From an uncultured Gemmatimonadaceae bacterium (GTDB lineage Bacteria > Gemmatimonadota > Gemmatimonadetes > Gemmatimonadales > Gemmatimonadaceae), in the NCBI GenBank assembly GCA_963843845.1, contig CAWJMB010000002.1:1536001-1600000 (forward strand): 64,000 bases of DNA, given 5' to 3'. Below the pieces are notes generated by a model. The model was not told where the DNA came from. It worked only from the letters and a program-made list of their open reading frames with translations, and ran no database searches. How positions within the stretch are numbered: position 1 is the stretch's first letter; every line of letters begins with the position of its first letter. Shown one piece after another: positions 23,437 to 34,241 of this stretch. A program made the position numbers and the translations under genes.

Positions 23437-25294
23437 ATGACTGAGGGTGCGCGCACGACGCTCCCAGCGGGAATCCGCGGCGATCGGCTCGAGCAGTTCC
23501 TGGCCGATCTCGCCGGCGCGCGCGATGCCCGCAGCGCGGCGCGGTGTCTCACCGACACGTTCGCCGCGGCGGCCGGCTCCACGGCGGTGCTGCTCTACCG
23601 CCTGGACGAGCGTGAGCGGAGCTTGCTGCTCGACGCCGTCACACCCGGCGATCGGAGCGCGCCGCAGCGCATCGCGCGTGACGACGTGACGGCACGCGCG
23701 CTGTTGCGCGACCGCGCTGTCGCTGCACGCGATGACCGGCGACGACCTCGCGGTGCTCGAGTCGTCACCCGAGCACGGTGCCGCTCCCCCGGCATCGCCG
23801 GGCGCGGCGGCGGGATGCTGCGCACGCTGGGCACTGCTGCCGCTGCCGCAGCCGCGGCTGAGCTTCTCGTCGGCGCTGCTCGACGCGGCCGCGGCGCGTG
23901 CGGACGCGGGCGACGGATGGACGGTGCTCACCCCCGCGCACGGCGAGCGGCGCGGCCGAGTCGGGCTCGCTCCGTTGGGCGTCGTCGCCATCCGTCTCGC
24001 CGACGGGAGCGACGCCTGTGCCGTGATCGACGGCGTGCTGGGCGCGGCGACGCTCGCCGGCCCGATCCTGTCGCGCGGCCTCGCCGTCGAGCAGTACCGG
24101 GCGATGGCCGCGCGCGCCGACGTCGAGCGCGATCAGCTCGATCGCATCTTCGACTACGTCGCCGATCCGATCGTCGTCACCGACGCCGCGGGCCGGATCG
24201 TCGAGGCGAACCAGCAGGCCGAGCGGCTGCTGCGGGGAGACGACGGCGAGGCGGAGCACGCGGCGCGGCGGAGCGAGAACCTCGCGACGTTCCTCGCGTT
24301 CGCGCGTGACGCGATCGGCGAGCCGGTACGACGCGGGCGGCTCACGTTCGTCAACCCGACGAGCGGCAACCCGCTCCCGATCGAAGTCGTGACCGGCACG
24401 ATCGACGCGCGACGCGACGAGCCTGCCGTGCTCGTCGCCGTGCTGCACGATCGCACGACGCAGGCGGAGAACGAGCGGTTGTACGAGGAGCTGAAGCGGT
24501 TCAGCGCCGTGCTCGAAGCGCGGGTGCGCGCCGCCACGTCCGACCTCGAGACGCGCAACGCGCAGCTGCGAGACGCAGTCCGAGGAGCTGGAACGAGCGA
24601 ACCGGCTGAAGAGCGAGTTCCTCGCGAGCATGTCGCACGAGCTGCGAACGCCGATCAACGCGCTCATCGGCTACACGGCGCTGCTGCGCGACCGCGTGTA
24701 CGGCGAGCTCACGCCGAAGCAGGACGACGGGCTGCGCCGCATTCACGTCGTCGGCGGAGCAGCTGCTCTCGCTCATCACCGACATCCTCGACCTCGCGCG
24801 CATCGAAGCGGGGCGGCTGCCCGTGCATCTCGAGCGCGTCGCGCTGGCGCCGATCGTGCGCGACGCCACGGCGTCGCACGAGCCGACGGCACGCGAGCAA
24901 GGGGCTCGCGTTCTCGGTCGAGCTGCCCGACGAGCCGCTCTTCGTGCGGAGCGACGCGACGCGGCTGCGGCAGGTGCTCGGCAATCTGCGTCGGCAACGC
25001 GGTGAAGTTCACGGCGAAGGGAGGCGTGACCGTGCGCGCGGCTCGCGATGGCGACGCGATGCGGATCGACGTGGCCGACACGGGGATCGGCATCCGCGCG
25101 GAAGACGTCGGGACCGATCTGGCAGGACTTCCGGCAACTCGACCAGTCGCGGACGCGTGCGCTACGGCGGCACCGGGCTCGGGCTGACGATCGTGCGCAA
25201 GCTCGTCGAACGGCTCGAGGGGACCATCACGGTGGACAGCACGCCGGACGTGGGGTCGACGTTCACGGTGCGGGTGCCGGCGATGGACGGGTGA
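23437..25294 (+). CDS. PAS-domain sensor histidine kinase (multiple frameshifts)
   Basis: PAS-like [23 protein letters not shown]-box [41 protein letters not shown]. Confidence 0.85.
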
Positions 25295-25334
25295 CGCCGC
25301 TACCCGCGGGCCGCGGCCTGCCGTAGATTCTGAC

Positions 25335-25360
25335 GACGCCCCGCACCCCGGGGCGTTTTT
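25335..25360 (+). terminator. Intrinsic terminator-like hairpin upstream of purA
   Basis: ACGCCCCG-CACCC-CGGGGCGT followed by TTTT. Confidence 0.6.
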
Positions 25361-25396
25361 CGTGTGATACCGTCAGGGTCGATTTCCAGGGGAGCG

Positions 25397-26680
25397 ATGT
25401 TCGACACGCAGACACGGACGCTCGTCGTCGTCGGCGCGCAGTGGGGCGACGAAGGGAAGGGGAAGCTCGTCGACGTCCTCGCGGAGCGCGCGGATTGGGT
25501 CGTGCGCTATCAGGGAGGCGCGAACGCGGGGCACACGGTGCACATCGGCGAGACGTCGTTCGTGCTGCATCAGATCCCGAGCGGGATCCTGCACCCCGGC
25601 GTGCGCTGCGCGATCGGGAACGGCGTCGTGCTCGATCCCGACACGCTGTTCCACGAGATCGACGAGCTGGTACAGGATGGCGTCGACGTCGAGGGCCGGC
25701 TGTACGTCAGCGAGCGCGCGCACCTCGTGCTGCCCTATCACAAGCGGCTGGACGCGGAGAGCGCGGCCAGCAAGGCGATCGGCACGACGGGGCGGGGCAT
25801 CGGGCCGGCGTACGAGGACAAGGTCGCGCGGCGCGGCGTGCGCGTGCTCGACCTGCGGCATCCCGCGCGGCTGCGTCCACTCGTCGAGGCCGGCGTCGCG
25901 CACGCGAATGCGCAGCTCGCGCGCTTCGGCTCGTCGACGCAGGTCGCGGTCGACGACACGATCGCGCTGCTCGAGCGACTGGCGCCGCGGCTGCTCGCGC
26001 TCGCGGAGGACGTCGGGCTGTGCGTGCACCGCGCGATGCAGGGGGGCGCGGCGGTGCTGCTCGAGGGGGCGCAGGGCTCGCTGCTCGACGTCGATCACGG
26101 CACGTATCCGTACGTCACGTCGAGCAGCACGACGTCCGGCGGCGCGGCGATCGGCGTGGGGATCGCGCCGACGGCGATCGACGCGGTGCTCGGCGTCGTG
26201 AAGGCGTACACGACACGGGTCGGGAACGGGCCGCTGCCGACGGAGATCGGCGGCGCCCTCGGCGAGGAGGTCCGGCGGCTCGGCAACGAGTTCGGCGCGA
26301 CGACGGGGCGGGCACGGCGGTGCGGCTGGTTCGACGCGCTCGTCGTGCGCTACGCGACCCGGGTGAACGGGCTGTCGGGGCTGGCGGTCACGAAGCTCGA
26401 CGTGCTCGACACGATCGACCGGATCGCGCTGTGCACCGGCTACGAAGTCGACGGCGAGGTGTACACCGAGTTTCCAGGCGACGTCGATGCGCTGGAGCGG
26501 GCGGTGCCGCGCTACGAGTGGTTCGACGGCTGGCGCTGCTCGACGGCCGAGGCGCGGACGCTCGAGGCGTTGCCCCGTGCGGCGAGGGAATACCTCGATC
26601 GGATCGAGGCGCTGGTCGAGGCACCGATCCGGTTCGTGAGCGTGGGGACGAGGCGGGACCAGATCATCGGCAGCTTGTAG
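25397..26680 (+). CDS. purA: Adenylosuccinate synthetase
   Basis: GAQWGDEGKGK, GGANAGHT, IGTTGRGIGPAY, EFGATTGR, TKLDVLD. Confidence 0.98.
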   Translation: MFDTQTRTLVVVGAQWGDEGKGKLVDVLAERADWVVRYQGGANAGHTVHIGETSFVLHQIPSGILHPGVRCAIGNGVVLDPDTLFHEIDELVQDGVDVEGRLYVSERAHLVLPYHKRLDAESAASKAIGTTGRGIGPAYEDKVARRGVRVLDLRHPARLRPLVEAGVAHANAQLARFGSSTQVAVDDTIALLERLAPRLLALAEDVGLCVHRAMQGGAAVLLEGAQGSLLDVDHGTYPYVTSSSTTSGGAAIGVGIAPTAIDAVLGVVKAYTTRVGNGPLPTEIGGALGEEVRRLGNEFGATTGRARRCGWFDALVVRYATRVNGLSGLAVTKLDVLDTIDRIALCTGYEVDGEVYTEFPGDVDALERAVPRYEWFDGWRCSTAEARTLEALPRAAREYLDRIEALVEAPIRFVSVGTRRDQIIGSL

Positions 26681-26740
26681 TCGGCGGTCGCCCGACCCCG
26701 CGGTCGACGCGGCGTCCGCGTCTCACCTCCGGAGAGCGAG

Positions 26741-27756
26741 ATGGATTTCGTAGATGTCGTCGTCGTCGGCGCGGGCCCGTGCGGCCTCGCGGCCGCGATC
26801 AGCGCGATGCGCGCCGGCCTGACCGTCGCCGTCGTGGACAAGGGGCCGGTGTGTGCGACGATCACCGAGTATCCGACTTACGCGACGTTCTTCTCGACCG
26901 CCGAGAAGCTCTCGGTCGGCGGGCTGCCGTTTCTGCTCGCCGAGACGAAGCCGACGCGGAAGGATGCGCTCGCGTACTACCGTGGCGTCGTTCGCCACTT
27001 CGGCATTCCGCTTCGTCAGTTCGAGACGGTCACGGCGATCGAGGGCGCCGCGCCGCAGCTCGTCGTGCGCTCGCGCCGCCGCACGGGGGAGGAACGCGCG
27101 CTGCGCTGCCGCGCGGTCATCGTCGCGACCGGCTACTTCGGCACGCCGAACTGTTGGGCGTTCCGGGCGAATCGCTGCCGCACGTGTCGCACGTCTACCA
27201 CGAGGCGCACGAGGCGTTCGAGCAGGACGCGGTCGTCGTCGGCGGCGGGAACTCGGCCGCCGAGGCAGCGCTCGATCTGTGGCGGACGGGGGCGCGCGTG
27301 ACGGTCGTGCACTTCGGCCCCTCGTGGGACAAGCGCATCAAGCCGTGGGTGCTGCCGGACATCACGAACCGGATGCGGGATGGGAGCATCGTCGTCTGCT
27401 GGGAGTCGCGGGTGACGGCGATCCGATCCGACGCCGTGGTGGTGCAGACGCCGGGCGGGGAGCGCGCGATTCCGGCCGACCACGTCTACCTCATGACCGG
27501 CTTCGCGCCCGACACGTCGCTGCTCGCCGCGACCGGCGTGACGATCGACCCGACGACCGGCATCCCGGCGCACGACCCGGCGACGTTCGAGACGAACGTG
27601 GCTGGCGTCTACATGGTCGGCGTGCTCGTCGCCGGGTACGACGCGAACCAGGTCTTCATCGAGAACGGCCGCTTCCACGGCGACCGGATCGTCGCGCATC
27701 TCACCGGGAGCGGACGCGTGGGCGACGCGCTCGTCAGCGCCGACCCCGACAGCTGA
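26741..27756 (+). CDS. ypdA: YpdA-family FAD-dependent disulfide reductase, putative bacillithiol disulfide reductase (frameshift near 27160)
   Basis: GAGPCGL, FFSTAEKL, KPTRKDALAYY, GGGNSA, IKPWVLPD, FIENGRFHG. Confidence 0.85.
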
Positions 27757-27861
27757 GCGGGGGCCGCGGGGCCCGCACCGGGGGGTCGCGAACGCCCGGG
27801 GCCCCGAGTCCGGTCCGATGTCACTAGGTTGGGTGTTCTCACGACCACCTTCGACGCACTC

Positions 27862-29237
27862 ATGCCCGCCAGTACGAATCCCGACGTGATGGACAAGCTC
27901 GTGTCGCTCTGCAAGCGGCGCGGCTTCATCTTCCAGTCCTCCGAGATCTACGGCGGCACCGGCTCCGTCTGGGACTATGGCCCGCTCGGCGTCGAGCTGA
28001 AGCGCAACGTCAAGGAGCGCTGGTGGAACGAGCATGGTCCGCATGCGCGACGACGTCGAGGGGCTCGACTCGGCGATCCTCATGCACCCGAGCGTCTGGG
28101 AGGCGTGCGGCCACGTCGCCGGGTTCGTCGACCCGATGGTCGACTGCCGCAACTGCAAGGGGCGCTTCCGCGCCGACAAGCTGACCCGACGCACGCTGCC
28201 CGCAGAACCCGAGCAAGTGACCCGGCGAGGCGGAACGAAAGTGACGCTCACCGAACCGCGCCAGTTCAACCTCATGTTCAAGACGTTCATGGGCCGCGCT
28301 CGAGGAGGCGCGGCAACGATGTCTACCTGCGTCCGGAGACGGCGCAGGGGACTTACGTCAACTTCCTCAACGTCCAGCAGTCGCACGCGCCAGAAGGTCC
28401 CGTTCGGCATCGCGCAGATCGGCAAGGCGTTCCGCAACGAGATCACTCCCGGGAATTTCATTTTCCGCACGCGCGAGTTCGAGCAGATGGAGATGCAGTT
28501 CTTCGTCGAGCCGACGGCGACTGACATGGAGTGGTTCGAATACTGGAAGGCCGAGCGGATGCGGTGGCACCGCGGGCTCGGGCTGTCGCGAGGACAGGCT
28601 TCAGTTTCACGCGCATACGGGCCGGGCGAGCTGGCGCACTATGCGCGCGCGGCGTTCGACGTCCAGTTCGATTTCGGTGGCTCGCTTGGCGTTCCAGGAA
28701 ATCGAAGGCATCCACAACCGCGGCGACTTCGACCTGTCGCGGCACCAGAAGTTCTCGGGCAAGAAGCTCGAATACTTCGAGCAGGCGACCAACAAGCGGT
28801 TCCTGCCGTTCGTCGTCGAGACGGCGGTCGGGCGCGGACCGCATGCTGCTCGCGATGCTCGTGAACGCGTATCGCGAGGAGGAGGTCGAAGGCGAGAGCG
28901 AAGGGCGCGTGGTACTCGGGCTGCATCCGTCGATCGCACCGATGAAGGCGGGCGTCTTCCCGCTCGTGAAGAAGGACGGGATGCCCGAGATCGCGACCAG
29001 GCATCGCGAACGATCTGCGCCGCCATTTTCCGGTGTTCTACGACGACAGTGGCGCAATCGGGCGCGCGCTATCGTAGGCAGGACGAAGTGGGGACGCCCT
29101 TCTGCATCACGGTGGACGGGCAGACGGCGCAGGACACGACGGTCACGATCCGCGACCGCGATTCCCTGCAGCAGGAGCGCGTCGCGGCCGACCGAGTGGC
29201 CGACGTCATCCGCGCGCGACTCGAGGCGGCGTCCTGA
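27862..29237 (+). CDS. glyQS: Glycyl-tRNA synthetase, alpha2 type (many frameshifts)
   Basis: [17 protein letters not shown]...[61 protein letters not shown]. Confidence 0.93.
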
Positions 29238-30761
29238 CCATCGCGACGCTCGAGCAGCTTCGCAGCGCCGGCGAAGCGCTGAGTGGCGAGGTGGCGCGTG
29301 CGCTCTACGAGGCGCACGCCGGGCTGACGCGCGAGCCGAACCTCGACGCGATCTACGCGCGGCACGGCGCGGCCGCCGGGCCGGACGCCCTCGAGGTGGC
29401 GCGTGGCGCGTGGGCCGACGCCGCCGCCGACTCAGCCGAATCCACGTCGCTGCGCGCACTGACCGAGTGGGTGGTCGAGGCGCAGACGGCGCGTGCGCTG
29501 GCGCCGTTCGACGAGCGCGAGATCGCGTGGGAGCAGAGCGCCGTCGTGCGGACCGCCGACGGCGAGACGGCCGAGTACTCGAGCATCGTGCCGCGCATCG
29601 CGAACACGCGGGACCGCGCCGAACGCGTGCGGCTCGACGACGCGCGCGCCGCCCTCGTCGCGCGCGAACTCGCCCCGATGCGGCGCGACCGCCTGCGGCG
29701 CGAGCACGACGACGTCGTCGCGAGAGCTTCGGCGACGGGTACGTCGCGACGTTCGAGCGGTTGAGCGGCGTCGACCTGCGCGCGCTCGCCGCGACGTGCG
29801 ACGCGCTGCTGCGCGACAGCGCCGGCGATGTGGGAGGACGTGCTTCCGACGTTCGCGCGCCGCCGCCTCGGGGTCGGCGCGACCGAGCTCACGCGGGCGG
29901 ACGCGCTCGCGCTCTTCAGGGCGCCGGAGTTCGACACGTACTTTCCGGCAGGGGGGATGCGCCACGGCGCGCGTGCAGATGGACGCGATGGGGGTCGACG
30001 CGACGGCCGGCGGGCGAGTCCGCTACGATGTCGGCGACCGTCCGGGGAAGCGGGCGCGCGCGTTCTGCGCGCCGGTGCGCGTGCCGGACGAGGTGTACCT
30101 CGTGCTCCGACCGCAGGGCGGGGCGGGCGACTGGCGCGCCCTGCTCCACGAGCTCGGACACGCGCTGCACTTCGGCTACACGCGCGCGGACCTCCCGTTC
30201 GAGGCGCGGTGGGCGGGCGACGCGTCGGTGACGGAGGCGTTCGCGATGCTGTTCGACCATCTGCTCCACGACGGCGGGTGGCTGCTCCGCTCGACGGAGC
30301 TCGGCCGGGCGCGCGTCGCGGAGTTCCGGCGGTCGATGGCGTTCGAGGAGCTGCACTACCTGCGGCGCTACGCGGCCAAGCTCCGCTACGAGCTCGAGCT
30401 GTATGCGGCGTTAGGCGCCGAGCGGGTCGACTGGTCGACGGTCGACGATGCGTACGTCGAGATCCTCGGTGCGGCGACGCGCATGCGGTATCAGCGCGCG
30501 GACGCGGTCGTCGACGTCGACCCGCGCTTCTACGCGGCGCGCTACCTTCGCGCGTGGCAGCTCCAGGCCGTGTTGTCGGAATCGCTGCGCGAGCGGTTCG
30601 ACGACGACTGGTGGCGCAACCCGCGCGCCGGGCCGGCGCTCGTCGACGAGCTGTGGGGCGACGGGCAGCGAGAGGGCGCGGAGGCGCTCGCGGCGCGGGT
30701 GGCCGGGGCTGGCCTGTCGTTCGCGCCGGTGCTGCGCGCCGTGGAGCGGTCGCTCGCGTGA
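29234..30761 (+). CDS. Gluzincin (M3/M32-like) metallopeptidase (frameshifts; start approximate)
   Basis: RPGKRARAFC, LLHELGHALH (HExxH), TEAFAMLF, YAARYLRAWQL. Confidence 0.75.
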
Positions 30762-30913
30762 GCACTCTGCTCGCCCAGCTGCTGCGAGACCCGCTGCTTC
30801 TCCACGTCGCATTCCTGGCCGCGCTCGCGCTCCCGGCGCTCGCGGCGGTCGGCGCGGACTACCTCGCGCGGCGCGCCTTCGATCGGCCGCGCCGCCGTCG
30901 CGGCGGTCGTTAG
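30758..30913 (+). CDS. Small (51 aa) single-TM hypothetical protein
   Basis: GTG overlaps the upstream TGA; hydrophobic core LLLHVAFLAALALPALAAVGA and Arg-rich tail. Confidence 0.45.
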   Translation: MSTLLAQLLRDPLLLHVAFLAALALPALAAVGADYLARRAFDRPRRRRGGR

Positions 30914-30940
30914 GCGCCGCCGGACACGCGCCGTCGCGTC

Positions 30941-31471
30941 ATGTACGCAGGTCACGTAGGGATCGCGCTCGCGCTACGGTCTCGAGCCGGTGCGCCACGA
31001 CTCGCCTGGCTCGTGCTCGCGGCGCAGGGACCCGACTGGGTCGAGGGGGCGCTGGATCTCGGCGGCTACCGATGGGTCGATCCGTCGTCGAGCCCCCACG
31101 CGTGGATTCCGATCGCGCTCGGCGTGCTGGTCGTCGCGGGGGTGGCGGCGTCGCTCTCGGCGCGGCGTACGCGCGGGGCGGCGGCGCTCTTCGTGGGGCT
31201 CGCGTACCTGTCCCACTGGCCGGCCGACTTCCTCACCGGATGGAAGCCGACGCTGCCGGGCGGACCGATGGTCGGCCTGCGCCTGTACGGTCGGCCCGCC
31301 GTCGACTTCGCGCTCGAGTCGGCCGTCATCCTCGCCGGCTGGTGGGCGTGGCGCCGCACGCTGCCGCGGTGTCCGGACGGAACGCTTCGTGAACCGCGGC
31401 CGGTCGGATTCCTCCTCGTCGCGCTGCTCGGCCTGCAGTGCGCGGCGGACGCGGTCATGTCGCGCGCGTAG
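30941..31471 (+). CDS. Membrane protein, metal-dependent hydrolase-like
   Basis: MYAGH..., PD, H, LSHWPAD pattern with several TM segments. Confidence 0.65.
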   Translation: MYAGHVGIALALRSRAGAPRLAWLVLAAQGPDWVEGALDLGGYRWVDPSSSPHAWIPIALGVLVVAGVAASLSARRTRGAAALFVGLAYLSHWPADFLTGWKPTLPGGPMVGLRLYGRPAVDFALESAVILAGWWAWRRTLPRCPDGTLREPRPVGFLLVALLGLQCAADAVMSRA

Positions 31472-31504
31472 CATGCCTAACGATCTCTCACCGAGGTGCT
31501 GCTG

Positions 31505-32206
31505 ATGTCCACGACCAGTCGTCCGACCGCGCTCGTCACCGGCGCGAGCCGCGGGATCGGCCGCGCGATCGCGCTGCGGCTCTCCGACACGCACGACGTC
31601 GTCGCCGTCGCGCGCTCGACGACCGACCTCGACACGCTCGTCGCCGAGGTCGCGGGTCGCGGAGGCCGGTGCCGATCGATCGCGCTCGACGTGACCGACG
31701 GCGGCGCGGTGGCGGCCGCGTTAGGCACGATCGACGTCGACGTCCTCGTGAACAACGCCGGCGTCGGCACGCTGAAGCCGTTCCTCGAGCTCACCGCCGA
31801 CGAGTGGCACCGCATGATCGACGTCAACGTGAACGCGCTCTACCACGTGACGCGCGCCGTGCTGCCCGGGATGGTCGCGCGGGAGCGGGGCGACGTCGTC
31901 ACGATCGGCTCGATCGCGGGCCGCAGCGCCTTCGTGGGCGGGAGCGGCTATGCGGCGACGAAGTGGGCGGTCATGGCGTTCAGCGAATCGCTCATGCTGG
32001 AGGTGCGCGACGCCGGCGTGCGGGTCTCGGTCGTCATGCCCGGGTCGGTCGCGACCGACTTCGGCACCGGGTCGCACAAAGACTGGAATCTCGTTCCCGG
32101 CGACGTCGCCGAGTCGGTCGCGCACGTCGTCGCGGCGCCGCGCGGTGTGCTCGTGCACCGGCTCGAAGTGCGCGCGCTGTCGCCGAATCGGCCGCGGGGC
32201 ACGTGA
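31505..32206 (+). CDS. Short-chain dehydrogenase/reductase
   Basis: TGASRGIG, LVNNAG, YAATK. Confidence 0.93.
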   Translation: MSTTSRPTALVTGASRGIGRAIALRLSDTHDVVAVARSTTDLDTLVAEVAGRGGRCRSIALDVTDGGAVAAALGTIDVDVLVNNAGVGTLKPFLELTADEWHRMIDVNVNALYHVTRAVLPGMVARERGDVVTIGSIAGRSAFVGGSGYAATKWAVMAFSESLMLEVRDAGVRVSVVMPGSVATDFGTGSHKDWNLVPGDVAESVAHVVAAPRGVLVHRLEVRALSPNRPRGT

Positions 32207-32301
32207 CGATCGCGTGACCGGCGCGTAGCGTACGGAACGCGGCGGCGGCCACATCGCCTATCGTGAACCCCGACAGGCCACGAGATTCGGTGCGGCGCGC
32301 A

Positions 32302-32373
32302 CCAGCGCCACCAGCGCCACCAGCGCCACCAGCGCCACCAGCGCCTCCAGCGCCTCCAGCGCCTCCAGCGCCT
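32302..32373 (+). repeat. 9-bp tandem repeat, 8 units: (CCAGCGCCA)4(CCAGCGCCT)4
   Basis: Directly visible in sequence. Confidence 0.95.
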
Positions 32374-32432
32374 CCGGCGGCGCTCGGCGCCTCCAGCGGC
32401 GCTCGGCGCGCCCTCCCCCCTCCCCGTGCGTC

Positions 32433-33851
32433 GTGATCCAGACGCTGTCGCCCGACTCCGACCGCGACCGCGCGGCCCCGCTCGACGCGGTGCGGCGCGA
32501 GCTCGTCGTCGTGCGCGAGATCGCGCACGCGCTTCACGCCGCGGACCGACCGGAGGATCTGTACCGCTTCGCACTCGCGCGTATCTGCCCGCTGCTCGGC
32601 GCGTCGTTCGCGTCGGTGTACGTCGTGGATGGGACGTCGGAGCTGATGCGGCTCGCGGCCGCGCACGAGTGGCCCGAACAGTTCACGCGCTGGCTCGGCG
32701 ACGCGCGCGTTCGGCTCGGCACGGGGCCGAGCGGTGAGGCGGCGGCAGAGCGACGTATCGTCGAGGTGCCGGACGTGTTCGCCGACGACACGCTCGCCGA
32801 CTGGCACGACGTCGCCCACGAGCTGGCGATTCGCGCGATCGTCGCGCTCCCGCTCGTTCCCGGCGGCGCGCGTGCGGGTGCGCGCCCGGCACTCGGTGCG
32901 GTCACGTTCTACTTCACCGACACGAACGCGATCACCGACGAGCAGCGCACGCTCCTGCGCGTGCTCGCCGGCCAGCTCGCGAACGCCGCGGAGAAGGCCG
33001 ACCTGATCGACGAGCTGCGGCGCACGAACGCGGCGCTCGTCGAGTCCAACGCGGAGCTCGAACAGCAGTATGTGGCCGTGCTCGAGGCGCGCCGGGTGAA
33101 AGACGAGTTCCTCGCGAACGTCGGCCACGAGCTGCGGACGCCGCTCGCGGCCGTGATGGGGTACGTCGGACTGCTGCTCGACGAAGTCGCAGGACCCGTC
33201 ACGGCGGCGCAGCGGCGCGACCTCACACAGGTGCAGGCGGCGAGCGACCGGCTGCTCGACCTCATCGACAACCTGCTCGAGCTGACGACGCTGAAGCGAG
33301 GCGGGCTCGAGGTCCACGTCGAAGACTTCGACCCGCGCGCGCCCCTGCACGACGCGCTGTCGCGCGTCACGAACCGCCCGCCGGGCGTCGGGCTCCGCGT
33401 CGACGAGGCGACGACGGTGCTCCCGATCGCGCACACCGACCGCAAGAAAACGGTGAAGATTCTCGTTAGCTTGCTGACGAACGCGTTCAAGTTCACCGCG
33501 TCGGGCGAGGTGCGGGCGTCGGTCGAGGTGAGCGGTGGGCGCGTGCGGTACAGCGTGCAGGACACGGGGATCGGGATTCCAGCCGACGCGCAGCGCATGG
33601 TGTTCGACGAGTTCCGCCAGGTCGACGGGTCCGCGGCTCGCCGCTACGGCGGCTCCGGGCTCGGCCTGGCGCTCTCGAGGCGCCAGGCGCGGCTCCTGGG
33701 TGGCGACATCGAACTCGTGTCGGCGGTCGGCGTCGGGTCGACGTTCACTGTCGAGATCCCGCTCGAGTACGTCGCGCCGGTGAGCCCCGACGCGGCGATG
33801 CTGACGCCCGCGTACGGCACGCCAGTCTTCACGACTCTCGCTCGTTCTTGA
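32433..33851 (+). CDS. GAF-domain sensor histidine kinase
   Basis: GAF region, coiled coil, GHELRTPL, NAFKFT, DTGIGI, FRQVDGS, GGSGLGL. Confidence 0.93.
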   Translation: MIQTLSPDSDRDRAAPLDAVRRELVVVREIAHALHAADRPEDLYRFALARICPLLGASFASVYVVDGTSELMRLAAAHEWPEQFTRWLGDARVRLGTGPSGEAAAERRIVEVPDVFADDTLADWHDVAHELAIRAIVALPLVPGGARAGARPALGAVTFYFTDTNAITDEQRTLLRVLAGQLANAAEKADLIDELRRTNAALVESNAELEQQYVAVLEARRVKDEFLANVGHELRTPLAAVMGYVGLLLDEVAGPVTAAQRRDLTQVQAASDRLLDLIDNLLELTTLKRGGLEVHVEDFDPRAPLHDALSRVTNRPPGVGLRVDEATTVLPIAHTDRKKTVKILVSLLTNAFKFTASGEVRASVEVSGGRVRYSVQDTGIGIPADAQRMVFDEFRQVDGSAARRYGGSGLGLALSRRQARLLGGDIELVSAVGVGSTFTVEIPLEYVAPVSPDAAMLTPAYGTPVFTTLARS

Positions 33852-33866
33852 GACCATTTCGGCCGT

Positions 33867-34241
33867 ATGTCGACACAACAACGCCGCACGGTACAGGAGA
33901 CCCACACGTCGCTCGCCCCGGCTGACGTGCTCGCGGCGGCGACCGCGTTCTTCGCGCGCCGTCAGGGGATCTACGCCGCGTTCCCCGACCGCGAGGGACC
34001 GACGTTCGTCAGTCTGCGGGGGCAGGGGGGAGAAGAGGTGATCGTCGGGGTGGCGCCGGCGGAGCGCGGCACCGCGGTCACCGGCTCGTCGTATCTGTTC
34101 GATCAGCAGATCGCGCGTTTCTTCTCGACGCTCCCGCCCTACCCGACGGAGGACGCGTCGAGCGGCCCACACGCCGTCGGCGGCGAGACGACCGAGGCGA
34201 AGACGCCCGACGCGGCGCCCGCCGCCGGGAGCGTGGCGTGA
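33867..34241 (+). CDS. Hypothetical protein
   Basis: Clean ORF in operon; stop overlaps next start (GTGA). Confidence 0.75.
   Translation: MSTQQRRTVQETHTSLAPADVLAAATAFFARRQGIYAAFPDREGPTFVSLRGQGGEEVIVGVAPAERGTAVTGSSYLFDQQIARFFSTLPPYPTEDASSGPHAVGGETTEAKTPDAAPAAGSVA

Noticed and set aside
31475..31726. Complete attC site from GCCTAAC to GTTAGGC
   Set aside because: About 250 bp apart, lies within the SDR gene, no hairpin symmetry, and no integrase in the window
32302..32373. CRISPR array
   Set aside because: Contiguous 9-bp units with no spacers and no cas genes
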